DNA of 64,000 bases, taken from positions 11,532,001 to 11,596,000 of the forward strand of contig CM060731.1 of assembly GCA_030704615.1 (NCBI GenBank), written 5' to 3'. This DNA is from Takakia lepidozioides (taxonomy: Eukaryota > Plantae > Bryophyta). Each line of letters begins with the position of its first letter. Within the stretch, counting starts at the first letter, position 1. The notes beneath the pieces were generated by a model that had not been told where the DNA came from, did no database searches, and was given only the letters and a program-made list of their open reading frames with translations. Below, piece by piece: positions 11,313 through 23,599 of this stretch. The position numbers and the translations under genes were made by a program.

Positions 11313-14300
11313 CTAGTCTACATGCTGAAAACCTGGAAGAAGAGATGTCACAAATCCAACAAACAGCATCTGGATTTCCTTAACAAACCCCCACCAATTA
11401 GCCTGGGGAAGTCTGCGAACTCCTTCCACTCCCGGTACCACAGGAGGAACATTTACTGGAGGGGGCGGATTTACAGCTCCTCCTTCAACTGGCTCCACTA
11501 CACCAGCTCCACCTGCAAGATATGTAAAAGGCTTACTCATCAGCCTTGTTGTGCCTTAAAGGTCAGGTTGCCAACATGAGATTAGATGCTTTCCATCACA
11601 TGTGGTACATGCACTAGTCCAAACTTGGGTAGTTTTGAGGATATCAAAAGATACTTCACAGAAACAACCTGCGGTGTCAAATGGGAGCTAAGAAATAACT
11701 GGGAACCATGATCAACATTTTCAGAACAATGATTCTTCTACCTGCTGGCGCTGCATCTGTCGCAGGATTAACCGCATCAGCTAAACCTCCTCTTGCTTGT
11801 GCATCTGCCAAATGGCGCTCACTTATTAATAATGAAATAATGAAATTAAGTTTGCGACGAAAGGTATTGCATTTTGGACAACAGATTGAGGAAGCCCACT
11901 ATTTGATTCTAGGCAGTATCTTCCCTTCAGCTAAGCACTGGAATCTATGGTGAGTACTTGCACTAAATCAGGAGAGACTCAATCATTGAGTCACAACTGC
12001 AAGCTCGCAAACACAGCATTGGATTTGTCCTTTAGAAGAAATAAGGTACCTGCAGCAGGCTGGACATCAGGCACAGCTGCAGCAGGTTGCGGAGGTGGCA
12101 TCATGGCACGCTGTGCACTCAAAGAGATCCACCGCAGAAAGGGGGCTAGCGCCCCTGTTTGATACCTGAACCCTCCCATCAAAACGTTTGATAATGGCTC
12201 GTGTGCCCCGGAAGCCCTGAAGAGCTTATGCATGTCATGCGTATCAATGGAAGAAACAACAAAATAGGCCTTCCTAACTTCTCAAAGAGGGAGCAACTCA
12301 TGGAAAAGCATTTTCAGAGGAAGACACAAAGAGCGAGCCGTAGAGAGCAGACATTCAGGTGTGGTAGAACATGCTCCTGGGTTGACGTGATCCAGAGTTC
12401 AAATACAGATGGTCATACAAGATGTTTAAGGGCATAGTCTTCGGGAATCTTCCATTCGTGGGACTGGAATATTATGGTTTATTCTCAGCACTTTCACTAA
12501 GGCCCTGTTTACGATGAGGGGCTCCACGCTCTATGGCCATATCCTCCTCTTTGACTACTTCAAACTAAAAGACAGAGAAGGCCAAGATGTGCAAAGACTC
12601 GGGACAAAATCCTGAAGTCGACTACCACAGTTGGATCTAAAATAGGTCTTGAGAGACTCACAAGTAAACAAGAGCAGCCAGGAACAAAAGGAGGAGTAAA
12701 CGGTCCTTGGATCCATCTTGGTTGAAGACGAAAACCACCACTGCTAGCTTCATTAGCAACAACAAGTCCAGCTGAAAACCCACCCGGATCCTGCACACAT
12801 TATCCTTTAGTTATCTTATCTACACAAATGCCTCTGGGTATTCGATTCACAAAGGGCCATATTGCACAAAACCTAGGAAATAGTCAAATAAGAATGTACG
12901 ATGTAAACTTCATCCTGACTGTGCAGGATTTTAACACTCTAAACATGCAAATACTGACCTGCGGACCTGCCTCTGTGGTTCAGGCCTTTGGCCTGGCCCT
13001 GCCTGTGGTGGTGCTGGAGCTACATGCCGCTGCCGTAACCCATTTGGGGCCACTGGCACTCCCTCTCTCCCATCAGGTTGCTGTGCCCTCTCCGCATCAG
13101 CAGGGCGTACTGGCGCAGCAACTGTAGCTGGTGCATATCCTTCCATCATCATAGGCATCCCTCTGTTGCACAAGACATTGACTGGGATCAGATCTCTTGA
13201 GGTGTTCTTCTGTATTCTCTGCTCAATTACTATGTATCGTCCTGCTGTGGACAAGCACACGAAAAGTGAGGAAATGGAGGGGAGAAGATAGAGAGAGGGA
13301 TGCATCTTTCCGATTTCTACAGCAAAACAGACAACAAATGTTCACCAGAACCATGTACTCCCCGATCCTTTGCCTCTAGAAAAATACTACGACAAAAAAA
13401 CTGAAGGGCCAATATTTGCAACCATCTCACCACCTATCAGACCTCCCATCTATCATGAAGCATTGAAGATTAATGCAAACCACAAACTTGTACAGGAGAG
13501 AGTCGAAGATCACGCACGAAGGCAAGGTGACCTTTAGTGGCACAAGACTGCCTACGGGGACGCCTCCCATGGGCCCATAGATTGGAATCAGTGGGACAGC
13601 AAATAACCCCCCATGTTGAGCAACTTGGTCAGGTGGAGCAAAGGGGATAAAGGCAGGCATGGGGGCTGGATATAACAGTGGCAGACATGGAGGCATGTTT
13701 GTGCCATCAGGCCTCCATCCCCCTGCCCCTGCAAGCTCAGGGCTCCCACCAAACATAGCTGGGTTGAATCCCCATGGACTCCATCCACCATCACCCTGAC
13801 AAACCTCAGTTTCACGTAAGCACCACATCAGTGCTGCAACATACAAAGTTAAGCTACTTCCAGGTCCAAGCAACAAAGAATTCCACGTGATTCAGCTCAA
13901 CTCGGATACTCAGACGAATAATACATCCTCACATTGCCTCCTGTTGGAAGTAAGACCTTAATTGAGGATGTTAAGAGTGAGCCATATCTGGTTTTATCTA
14001 AACCATACTGGTCAGAGGTAGAACATTCGATCTGCCACAAAATTTGTTCTGAATTGTTTTCTTAGTTCTTTGTTTGTGTCTACTCTGTGGCACACTCACG
14101 TTGAAAAATGAATCCCACGCACTACTGAACGAATTCCAGCTTTCCTGGAAACCCGCCAATGAGATTGCATGGGAATTAATCATGAGATCTCAGAATACTA
14201 GTAATTTTCCAAGACCTAATATTTTTTCAATCTCTCTTCTTTTGTTGTCATATTACATTTTATACTTGAAGCTTGTATTGAAGCAAAACATGCAAGATCA

Positions 14301-15965
14301 TAACTGTAATGACTCCAGGCACTCTGAAGAGAAGATACATGTAGGAGTGAAACAAGCACACCCTCCCAAACTTCAGATCATTAGTACATGTCCAGACACA
14401 GCCTTGAAGCTGTCACAGGACCGTAGCATTTTCCTAACAATGCAGCGCAGCAAGATACAGCCTGCATTCATCAGTCACCAGAGAAAAACGAAAATCTGAA
14501 TCAAGACAGTTTTTGCATCCCAGAGGACAAGGATGGGAGACTGATCTGACACACAGTTTCTGCAAGGAATGTGAGAATGTAAATGTCTGGATGATGAATA
14601 ATACGTAGATGTCCGCACTCAATTGAGGGCCATTAGTCAGCATGGTGGACAGAAAATCTCGTGGTGAAGTATGTTGAGACCTAGATGGGAATGTGACGTA
14701 ACATCCAGTCATTAGACCAGAGCAACTCTTTATTAACAACACAAATTCTAAAACAGTTGAATGTAGAAACCACAAACGCACATTCAAGAGTCCTGTCATT
14801 GCTGAAAAGTCAAATAGATTGGGAGTAGCAGCACCATCCTCAGTCCTGGGAGCTGCATCAGTGGGAGCTGCAGTGGCAGGAGCCTTCTCTTCCTCTGCTA
14901 CCACCTCTTTCCCTGCACACCAGTAACAAGTGCCAGTTACAAAACAATGCACAATAATAACTCCACTTGAAAAGCTTGCATACAATTCCCTCAAACGCAA
15001 CAAGAACACACCCTCATGCCTGAGACCTAACCTTCAGTTTGACAATCAGAATTGGGAGATTGTGGACCTGCTTCTAGGTGTTGTCATGAGCCCTTGATTA
15101 GCTAATATCAACATCACTTGCCAAGCGGGGCCAAAGGTTTTCAAAGAAAATCTACAACAGGAATCAGGTGAACCCCCATAGTGCAGGACCAAAAAACCCA
15201 TACCCAAACATCCAAAATTCGATTTCCTCTTCACTGCCTTTCCAAATACAACACTTGAAACAAAGCTAAATCATCACTCAATATGGCTTCAAACATAAAC
15301 CTGTCGTGCATCAAGAGAATTCAAAGAGCTCTGAATCACCAACTACGGGCCTTAAGGAGAACATAGCACCGCATTATTGGACATCAATCCTTAGTCAAGG
15401 GTTGCGTACCAGCTAATGAGAATCACACCCAGTTTACACCCACCAAGTCTCTTCACAAGGCCTAACTAGAGAAAACGGTCATCCTAGGCTTGAAAATAGA
15501 GGAACCAGGGATTCACGATCGGATAGACTGATACAGCCAGTTCAACAAGTAGATCTCATCCATAAAGAGTTCTGCACAGTCTCTTTCCAGAATTAAGAAG
15601 AAGAAAGGAGCACATGCTTCATCCCACCTTGTAAACTACCTTCATAGCACAAACAGATTCACTCCTGCGCCAAAAACGAATGCTTTAAGAGAATCCAAGG
15701 AGACAGGCCTACAACGATGCCCCGGCAGCAACCAAGCGTTGACTGAAACACTCCCAAACTCTTTGTGCTTCCAATTCCAATGTTATCCAGAAATCCCGCA
15801 GCTACTGGAGCCAGCACTCTTCTTTCCATAAAAATGCGATGAAATCCTCCGCAAATTGGCAAACACAAATGCCAAACACATCCAACCGTTTCCCAGTCCC
15901 CTCTCGTCCACACACACACAAATCTCCACAAAAAATTCAGAACACTTACCGGCAGGCGCGGCCAT
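11313..15965 (-). CDS. EBS7: EBS7-like ER membrane ERAD protein with an AKR2-like second exon
   Basis: Phase-consistent exons 15965-15950, 14912-14782, 13795-13518, 13162-12959, 12790-12662, 12165-12050, 11804-11742, 11512-11313. Motifs RRIRVGFQLDLLLLMKLAVVVFVFNQDGSKDRL...LVYLYQTGALAPFLRWIS and terminal WWGFVKEIQMLFVGFVTSLLPGFQHVD match my recollection of plant EBS7. Confidence 0.8.
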
Positions 15966-17227
15966 GGTGATTGCAGATCAGCAGGAATCGGTGGGAGCAC
16001 AGAAGCTACAAATCTGACGTCCCTGCAAGAAGCCTCCCTCTCTGTCTCTCCGTTGCCGTCCCCATCTCTGCCCTTCTTTCCCCACCCTTTGTTTTTCTTC
16101 GTGGCCCACGTTGCGCTCTTTATTATATCGGTCTAATGTACTGCATTTCTGTTGGTGGATACATACTTCGGATCACAATCAACCGTCGGATCTCAAACAC
16201 TTTCATATTTTTTTCACCGTCAGATCTATTTATGTTTACGGTTACGATTTTATGTCGATGTGGCTAATATGATGAGACCCAATCACAGCATAGAACAGCG
16301 ACACCTGGCACTTACCCTGTATCTGACAACTGGACGATCCGACGGTTGTGATCATGCAAGTCGACTTACTATCGGCCAACATGGTGAGGAAATCTACTGC
16401 CCTTTCCTGGATACAACCTTCTCAATACTTCCTTCACAGCTCTGAATTGCTCAGACTATGAAAACACCGCACGAGTTCCTTGTTCATCATACACAGTGTT
16501 ACATCGACATGAAACGAAGGCTATGGCTTCTCAATTGCCGACTTGTACGTTAGCATTCTTCCTTTGAACGACCAAAGCAGTCCGGCTAAAAGATGAAATG
16601 CTTCAGAAAGGTGGCATCTGCAGGCCCTGGTCGATGGTGGGAAGCTCATGCTGCTTCCAGCTTGAAGCCGGCGTAGCAAAAAGCCACTTCACCTGTCGGC
16701 AAATTGCCCCTTTTGGGGTTGGGGACTGTTATTTGCAAAGGAAGTGTGTGAGAGCGAGTTTTGGAGTACAGTAGCTAGGGGGTTAGTGACTTTCAAGTTT
16801 TCGGTTGTTACTGATGATGGAATGGTAGTGAGATGAGCATTTGGAGATAGATTATGGGGTGAGTGGGTCAGGACAGAGAGAGGTCTCTCTGTGCCGGACT
16901 CTCTGTGCCAAGCTTCGAGAGAATTACCGTGGAGAATTATATGAATTCATGCCTTTTCGGGCAATGAGCGAACTATAAGTTTGCATTCTCAATCAAATTT
17001 CTCAGCTTCCAAAAGCGTTAGTTCAAATTTAGAACTGTGAAACTACCAGCACAGTCCTTCCCCGCGTAGGAAAGTTGCGTACAAGCCTTTCAGATGCATC
17101 CACCCCTGGTAAATAGTTTGTGAGAGTTCAGGATTGAATGAGGGTGTTACCTACGTCTGTAGTGTTGCTTCGAGGGAACGTATTCATATTGTTTTGTAAC
17201 AAATCATTGTCTTGGAGACTAGCAACC

Positions 17228-18930
17228 TTAACTTGTGATTATTGTAGGCTTTGTGTGGACTGAGCCCTTCACCCTCTTCTCCATGTCACCTACAAAAGTC
17301 TGAAGGTCTTCGTGTGAGGAGCCTCCCTCCAATACCGCTTTGGTTGCTGCGTCCCTTAACAGCCTCACTCTCTTCCTCAACATAGCAATCTCCTCGTCCT
17401 CCCCTCCCATCATAACCATCACTTTTTCCTTCACCTCCTCCCTCCCCACAAGCCCGTCCTTCCCCTTCTCAAAGTCTAGGCCAATCTTCCAAACATGCGC
17501 AATATAGCGGCAGTTCATTGCCTGCTCTGCGAAGTATGGCCATGCTAGCATAGGCACACCGCTCGAAATGCTCTCCAGTACCGAGTTCCAACCACAGTGG
17601 GTCAGAAATACCGACATGGAAGGGTGGGATAGCACTGCTGTCTGAGGTACCCAAGGTAAAATAAGACCCAGGTCTTTAGTGCTCTCTACGAACTCCGAGA
17701 AAAAAGTAAGAAATTTGGTGTCCTGGCCACCTACAATAAGATCGGGGCGGAATGCCCACAGAAATGGGCGCTGACTCATTTGTAGCCCAGATACAAGCTC
17801 CTTAATCTGCTCTGCGGACAGCACAGCGATGCTGCCGAAAGAGATAAACAAAACTGATGACGGTTCCTTCCTGTCAAGCCATTGTAAGCACTCCCGATTT
17901 TCTGGCCAAAGTGCACTGCTGGCATCACCATTGCTACTCGTGGGTAAGAGGCAAAGCGGCCCAACTGTACCGACGTTCAAACCCTCCTCTCGCATAGTTT
18001 CTAGGGCGGGAGCCTCCAATTCTTGGAACGTGTTGAATAGAACCCACGCACAGTCATGCATAAGAGGTGCTTGCAGTTTGATCGCGAACTGAATAACATA
18101 GAGTGAAAAATCGTGTGTGAGATAGAACGAGGGCAGGTCATCAACACGCGTCACTGGTGACAGCCCAGGCAAGCAGGTGACCATTCGCGCCCGGGCTTCT
18201 GACTCCTCGATACTCAGAGGAGGACGTACAGATTGATCCAAGGGAGAGAGAGAAGATTCATAACTCTCAGAAACTGATGGTGCTGGTAGGGGCAACAGGC
18301 CCTCCGCAATAAGCTTGGGAATGTGTCTATGAGCGTACATGGCAACAGCGGATTGTGTGACAAATGCCACAATAGGGATGCCCAAGGTTTTGGCTGCTTG
18401 ATGTACGCATGTCATAGCCACATCACGTATGAGGCACGCGACAGGAGAGTGCACGATCAGTTTCTCCAGGAATTCATGAACCACAGGTGAAAACGCTTCC
18501 AATCCCACAAACAGCCCATTTATATCAGCTGTCCGGGGGTGATCTTCTGGTAACCCATCTGGTAGCCCCACAAAGTGAATTCGTGCATCTGACCTGCCAA
18601 GGTTCAAGATTGAGCAGAAAGCCCAAAGTCTATCAATCGAGGCACACTAAGATAATGTGCACACAAATAATAGAAAAGAAGCAACGATTAATTTGTACAG
18701 TTCATCGTTTGGACTTACTTGGCTTCTGATCCACCTTGGGCCGCTTGGGCTTGCATCAAGCGATTATGGTTGTGCAGCGTGTTGACAAAGGTGATATGGA
18801 AGCCGTGGGACCTACTTAGGCGCCTTGCGAGTTGCACGTGCGGACTGATATGACCCTGGGCTGGGAATGGCACCATGACGGCGTGCAACTGTAGGCCCTC
18901 CTTCTGCTTGGACGTCGTTAGAGTCTCCAT
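17228..18930 (-). CDS. Family 1 UDP-glycosyltransferase (UGT85-like), 2 exons, about 525 aa
   Basis: Exon 1 is 18930-18719 (HAVMVPFPAQGHISP, catalytic His). Exon 2 is 18593-17228 with the PSPG box WVPQTAVLSHPSMSVFLTHCGWNSVLESISSGVPMLAWPYFAEQ. The intron phase is consistent. Confidence 0.95.
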
Positions 18931-21130
18931 CTCGAACCAAACGAGTGTAGCTGGGCACTTTAATCCAAATTCAAGCAACCAACACAAGGGGGTTAATTCA
19001 GTTTTCCAGGTGGAAATGCCGCACATTTGTTCACAGGAAGCGACTTGAAGAAGCTTGACATGTTCACTGCCTGATGAAGTTAGGCTTTTACATGGCCACT
19101 TACAGCTACTTCAAATTAAACCCAATAACGGCTGAGACTCAAACTCCACAGATATAAAACTGATTGAAGAAGGTCACTCTCGAACTCACAAGCTGAAGTT
19201 TCCAATCTCCGGAGGCAAAGTGCCTACAGTAGACGATAGTGCAATAGTGCTCTTGTCCCCCTTCCTCGATGGACGTTGTAGCTGCAGCAGGCCAGCTGTC
19301 CAAACTCCAAACCTTCCTTCACCTCTGATGCGTTTGACTGGCCGTTGCAGGGAGGGCCGCAATCGTTCCGCTTCCTCCCTCCCTTCTTTGGCGCTGATGA
19401 AGCTGCAAAAGCTTAAGCTGGAGCAGGCGGGCCCACTACGTCCCAACACCGATATCCAGTTCGATCCTCTAAACTACATGCAGGGCGGGGGGACCCACAA
19501 TCCCTCAACTCTCTCAATCCTTTCAGCACTGGGCCCAGCCTTCCTCTTCCCCCCTTGGATGAGCCTTCCTCTCAACTGTCACAAGCCTCGCCCTGCAGCT
19601 TCCTCCCAAGTCCCAACTCTCCTGGCGTGGAAAGCTCGTGAGGCATTTGCTCTGCTTGCTATGACGCGCACAGACTAGTGACAGTGAACGAGAAAGCTGG
19701 CGCGCCGCTATGTCATATAATAAAGGAGGGGCCAATAATGCAGTCTAGTACTTACTGCACCCCCGCGCACTTTTCATCCACGCGCACAGCGTGAACGTAT
19801 GTGCGTATAGATATGTGATAAACCGAGGATTGGTGCGTATAAGTATACCTGCCAGGGAGTCCTAGTGCATGGCTACTAGTCTGGACTCTGGTGGTGATCC
19901 AGTCGCTCGGTGGCGGGGAAACTTGGGCAGATTTGAGTTTGGATATCTCTTACAGGCTCTGCACGGTACCCATTTTCTCCGTTTATGCAGATGGAGATGT
20001 TTGGTGGCCTAGCACTGGCCTTGATTTGATCAACCCACATGATTCTTGTACACTTTCCCATACATGGATCGTCAAGTAGTTGATAATTAACCCTTAAGTT
20101 CCCAAGCCCTTTTTTGACTTTTTATCAATTTTGGGTACCCAGCTGCAGTAAATTGCCCCTAGAAACCTACCAAAGATCATCAGAGATTCAGCCTTATAGT
20201 AGTGGGCCCAGCTCATTTATGCATGACATACCAAAAAATGAGCCAAGTCCACCTCGGAAATTGTGAGATTATAGCGTTGGCCCGGACCTCAAATATCAGG
20301 TCCCAAATAAAAAGTGAGAAAGAAATTGGTTTGACCAAATCAAAACCTAGCTTTATCCAATTTTGCTTGCCCCAAGACCCACCATTTCCAAATCAATAGT
20401 GGAGTGGCTATGACCCCACTAAATTGCAGGGCCAACTGATTTTTTCACCTATGCTTGCTATGCATGCAATTAGATGGGGGTTGAAATCTCAAAATTGACA
20501 AGAGAAAATGTGCCTCCAAACGAAGTACTTTTTTTTCTACAAAAATTTTAAAAGCCAATGGTGGATGTGTGTATGTAATGCTCACACACCACAAGGTGAA
20601 GTGTTTTTTTCCAAAATTGCTAATTTTCTGCCAAAAATGGCCTTTGGAGTGCAATCTGTTTTGGGCTTGTTTACCTGCCACGTCAGCGGTCAACAAGCCC
20701 TTTTCAGGCCCAAAACGTAAACGAGAGATCTAAGATATTTTTTGTAGGTCACAGCTTTTGTTTTTTCTTAGTTTTGTTTTTTGCATCGTACTAATCCCTT
20801 GTCATTAAAGCTTCAGGAGTGGGCCCCATAAATTAGGTCGAACTGCAAATTCAAAGTGACCCGATTCAGGTCACTTGGGGACTTGAGGGTTAAGCAAACC
20901 AAAACCCCGAACGCCTACAGCTTTTTGCGTCTTGTTCGTGCATGCTGTGGGGTTGGTTGAGCACAAACGGCGGGAGCATTAAGTTACTTTGGTTGAAAAT
21001 CAATAGCCCTCTGGAAGGCTGCGGCCCGGGAAAGGAAAAGACAAACATGTCAGGCACCGCAAAACTGGATCGCCCCGCGTCTTTTTTGCGCACTTGAGAC
21101 AATCCCCTTGGAGGCGCCCCATGCAGCATA

Positions 21131-21833
21131 CCGTACTGACCTTGCTTATTAGGCACTTCCGCGCCTAATAATTAATAAAAATGGAATTAACAAACATTAG
21201 GCATTTGTTTTTAAAAACATTTTAAAGAACAGGGGACAAGGCCCTGGTTGGTAACTTTATTGCTGAATTATTTTAAGGGAAAAAAATTAAAACCCTCGAT
21301 GCTGCCATAAGGCATAACGCATGAGAGCCATGCATGATCATGTATTACAGTCCACCCTGGATAAATGATGAACAATTGTTTTTGACCTCCCTCAAAAAGT
21401 ATTGTTGAGGTAATTTTCTTTTAAAAAAACATAATGGTCTTGAAACTAGATTTTACCTCAGCAATTATTTTTTACCTCCCTCAAAAACTATTGTTGAGAT
21501 AATTTTCTTTTTTTAAGAACATAATGTTTGATATGTGATAAAAGAATGGATGCAGTGAATGTTGTATGTACTAAACCCTAAAACTTTCCAACTGTTTTGT
21601 TTTACTTGTTTTATTGGTTTTTTGCCTATACCTAAACATGTGGCACAACCCTACTTCTCTTTGCTTGTGTTTTTCACGATTTGGACATTTTGGTGTTTTT
21701 CATAATTTTCGAGCAATTAGGCACTTCTCAGGAAAATTTTCCAAATTTTAGGCACATTTTCTAAAAATGTTCTAAATTTAATTAGGCACTAGATTTTGAA
21801 TTAATTATTGCCTAATAAGCTAGGTAAGTACGG
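21131..21833. mobile_element. Tc1/mariner/pogo-like MITE, about 700 bp
   Basis: 25-bp TIRs (CCGTACTGACCTTGCTTATTAGGCA versus revcomp CCGTACTTACCTAGCTTATTAGGCA) flanked by TA on both sides (21129-30, 21834-35); AT-rich non-coding interior. Confidence 0.85.
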
Positions 21834-21854
21834 TAGTAGAGATATCCGTAAATT

Positions 21855-22059
21855 CAGGCTTGAGTTTCATCGTGAGTTGGTAAAAAATGCAATTTCGACG
21901 TGAGTTTGCTTTCTCTCCGCAAATTTCCGTAAATTTGTTAGAAATCATTAAACACAGGTTGACTGGCCGTGAGTTCAAGTGCTCTCACGGCGAGTGCTTT
22001 GAGAGCGGGCCCTCTGTTGTCGCGAGCCTTCTCAACCTAAACTCACGATGAAACTCCTG
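21855..22059. mobile_element. Small inverted-repeat element or hAT-like end with CGTGAGTT subterminal motifs
   Basis: CAGG...GAGTTTCATCGTGAGTT at left and AACTCACGATGAAACTCCTG at right; several further (C)GTGAGTT/GCGAGTT motifs extend to ~22180; no clear TSD. Confidence 0.45.
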
Positions 22060-23599
22060 GACGTGCATTTGGGCAGGTATTTTGAGTTTGGACCTGAGTT
22101 TAATACGACAAAAATTGCCAAAAAAACGCGCATCCTAGCTAGACGCGAGTTTAAAGTGGGTCGAATCGTCGTGAGTTGATGGGATTTACGGTTTCCTACC
22201 CGTTGTTCTAACCGTTTCACTAACCGTCATCCGTGAACTAACATGTTCCATTCGCAGATCTAGTATGTAAAGATTTTCCAGCTTTCTTCCTTTGTGTTTT
22301 TAGGGATCTTCTGGAGCAACTCAATTTCCCGATGCGGGGTTGTACAGGGAAGTTCCCCGTAAGACATATCTTACGCTTTATATCTTACCGGGAATTTTCC
22401 TGTAAGACTGGGCATATCCTTTCTTTTCTTTCTCTTTTTATTTTGTTTACTTCTTGTTTTTTCCTTCCTAAGAGCTAGTCTTTCTCTATCTATCAATAAT
22501 AAAAAGAAATAAGCTGAAAAGAAAAAAGTTGGAAAAGTCTTTAAGTGTGCGGAGCAGCGTTTTTTTTTTTTTGGCAAAAAAACACCAGATTTTGACATGG
22601 AAAATGGGTCAGCTACTTGTACAAAGGAATTGACAACCAAGTTGTAGCCCAGTGGTAATCAGCTCTCTTTTTTTGTGCAAAAATTCGCCATTTTTTTAGG
22701 AAGAAATTGGCCTCACGAAATCAACAAAGGAATAATGGATTAAAATATGGCATTGTTTCGCCCCACATAATGCCATTACATAGCTGCAATGAGGACATCG
22801 CATGTACAGCTGTCGCACAGGGAATGAGCCACATGCCATTAGGATTCGTCAGATCCAGATGATCTTGTCTCCCAATTTCTAGAAATCCTACCACCCTGTC
22901 AGCGCGAGGAGCAAACCCTTGGGTTCAAACACGTCCCGCTTTCGCAAAGGAATCGAGCTATGGAGGGAACTCTCGTTTAGGTTTCGCTTACCTGCCTGTA
23001 CTATCCGCTTCATGCACCTCCACTTGAGCATACTTGCACCGCCTCTAACCAAGTTATAGGTTGTTAGTTACATCAACTTCAATATTTAGGAAAGGCGGCC
23101 ACAAAATTATTGGGAGGATCAGTGGCCAGTGGCGACTGGCGAGGCAGATTGCAATTGAGGAGAGGATATTGGCATTGATAAGCGTGTGTTCTTAACACTT
23201 ATAGCGGCTGCATTGATGGAAGAGGGAGCTCCTTATAACCCTCCCCCAATACTTTATGTTCACGTTCTTCATGTTACTTAGGATACATCTGTCTTATGGT
23301 GGTGTGCCTAGTCTCGTTTGTATTTGCGCAAAGTCAGCTTGTTGTGTTTGGCATCATACAGGGATCTCGGAAGAGGCCTGCCCCTCCGGCAAATTTCAGA
23401 TTCAAATTGTTAATTTTGGTGGTAGGGTGCCTATGGACTAGAGTGTCGAATGCTTTTACATAAGCCCAGAGCTCTCGCGCTGGTGAGAGAAGGGCCAAGG
23501 ATTCACGTGTAGAGAGAGAGGTTGAGGCTCCTGATGGCAGTCCTCCACCTCCGAGTGTTCTTGTTCTAGAAGATGTAGACCCTAAACCACAACTAGAAA

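Noticed and set aside
13229-13245. Possible micro-exon in the EBS7-like gene
   Set aside because: Direct splicing 13518->13162 keeps the frame; the candidate micro-exon I tested breaks it.
19186-19235. LRR-like peptide GTLPPEIGNFSL on the minus strand
   Set aside because: A single short match with no further LRR exons; probably chance or UGT upstream/UTR sequence.
22345-22405. Hairpin CAGGGGAAGTTCCCCGTAAGA...TCTTACCGGGAATTTTCCTG as a MIRNA precursor
   Set aside because: It lies among TE debris and looks like a collapsed TIR pair; no small-RNA evidence is available.
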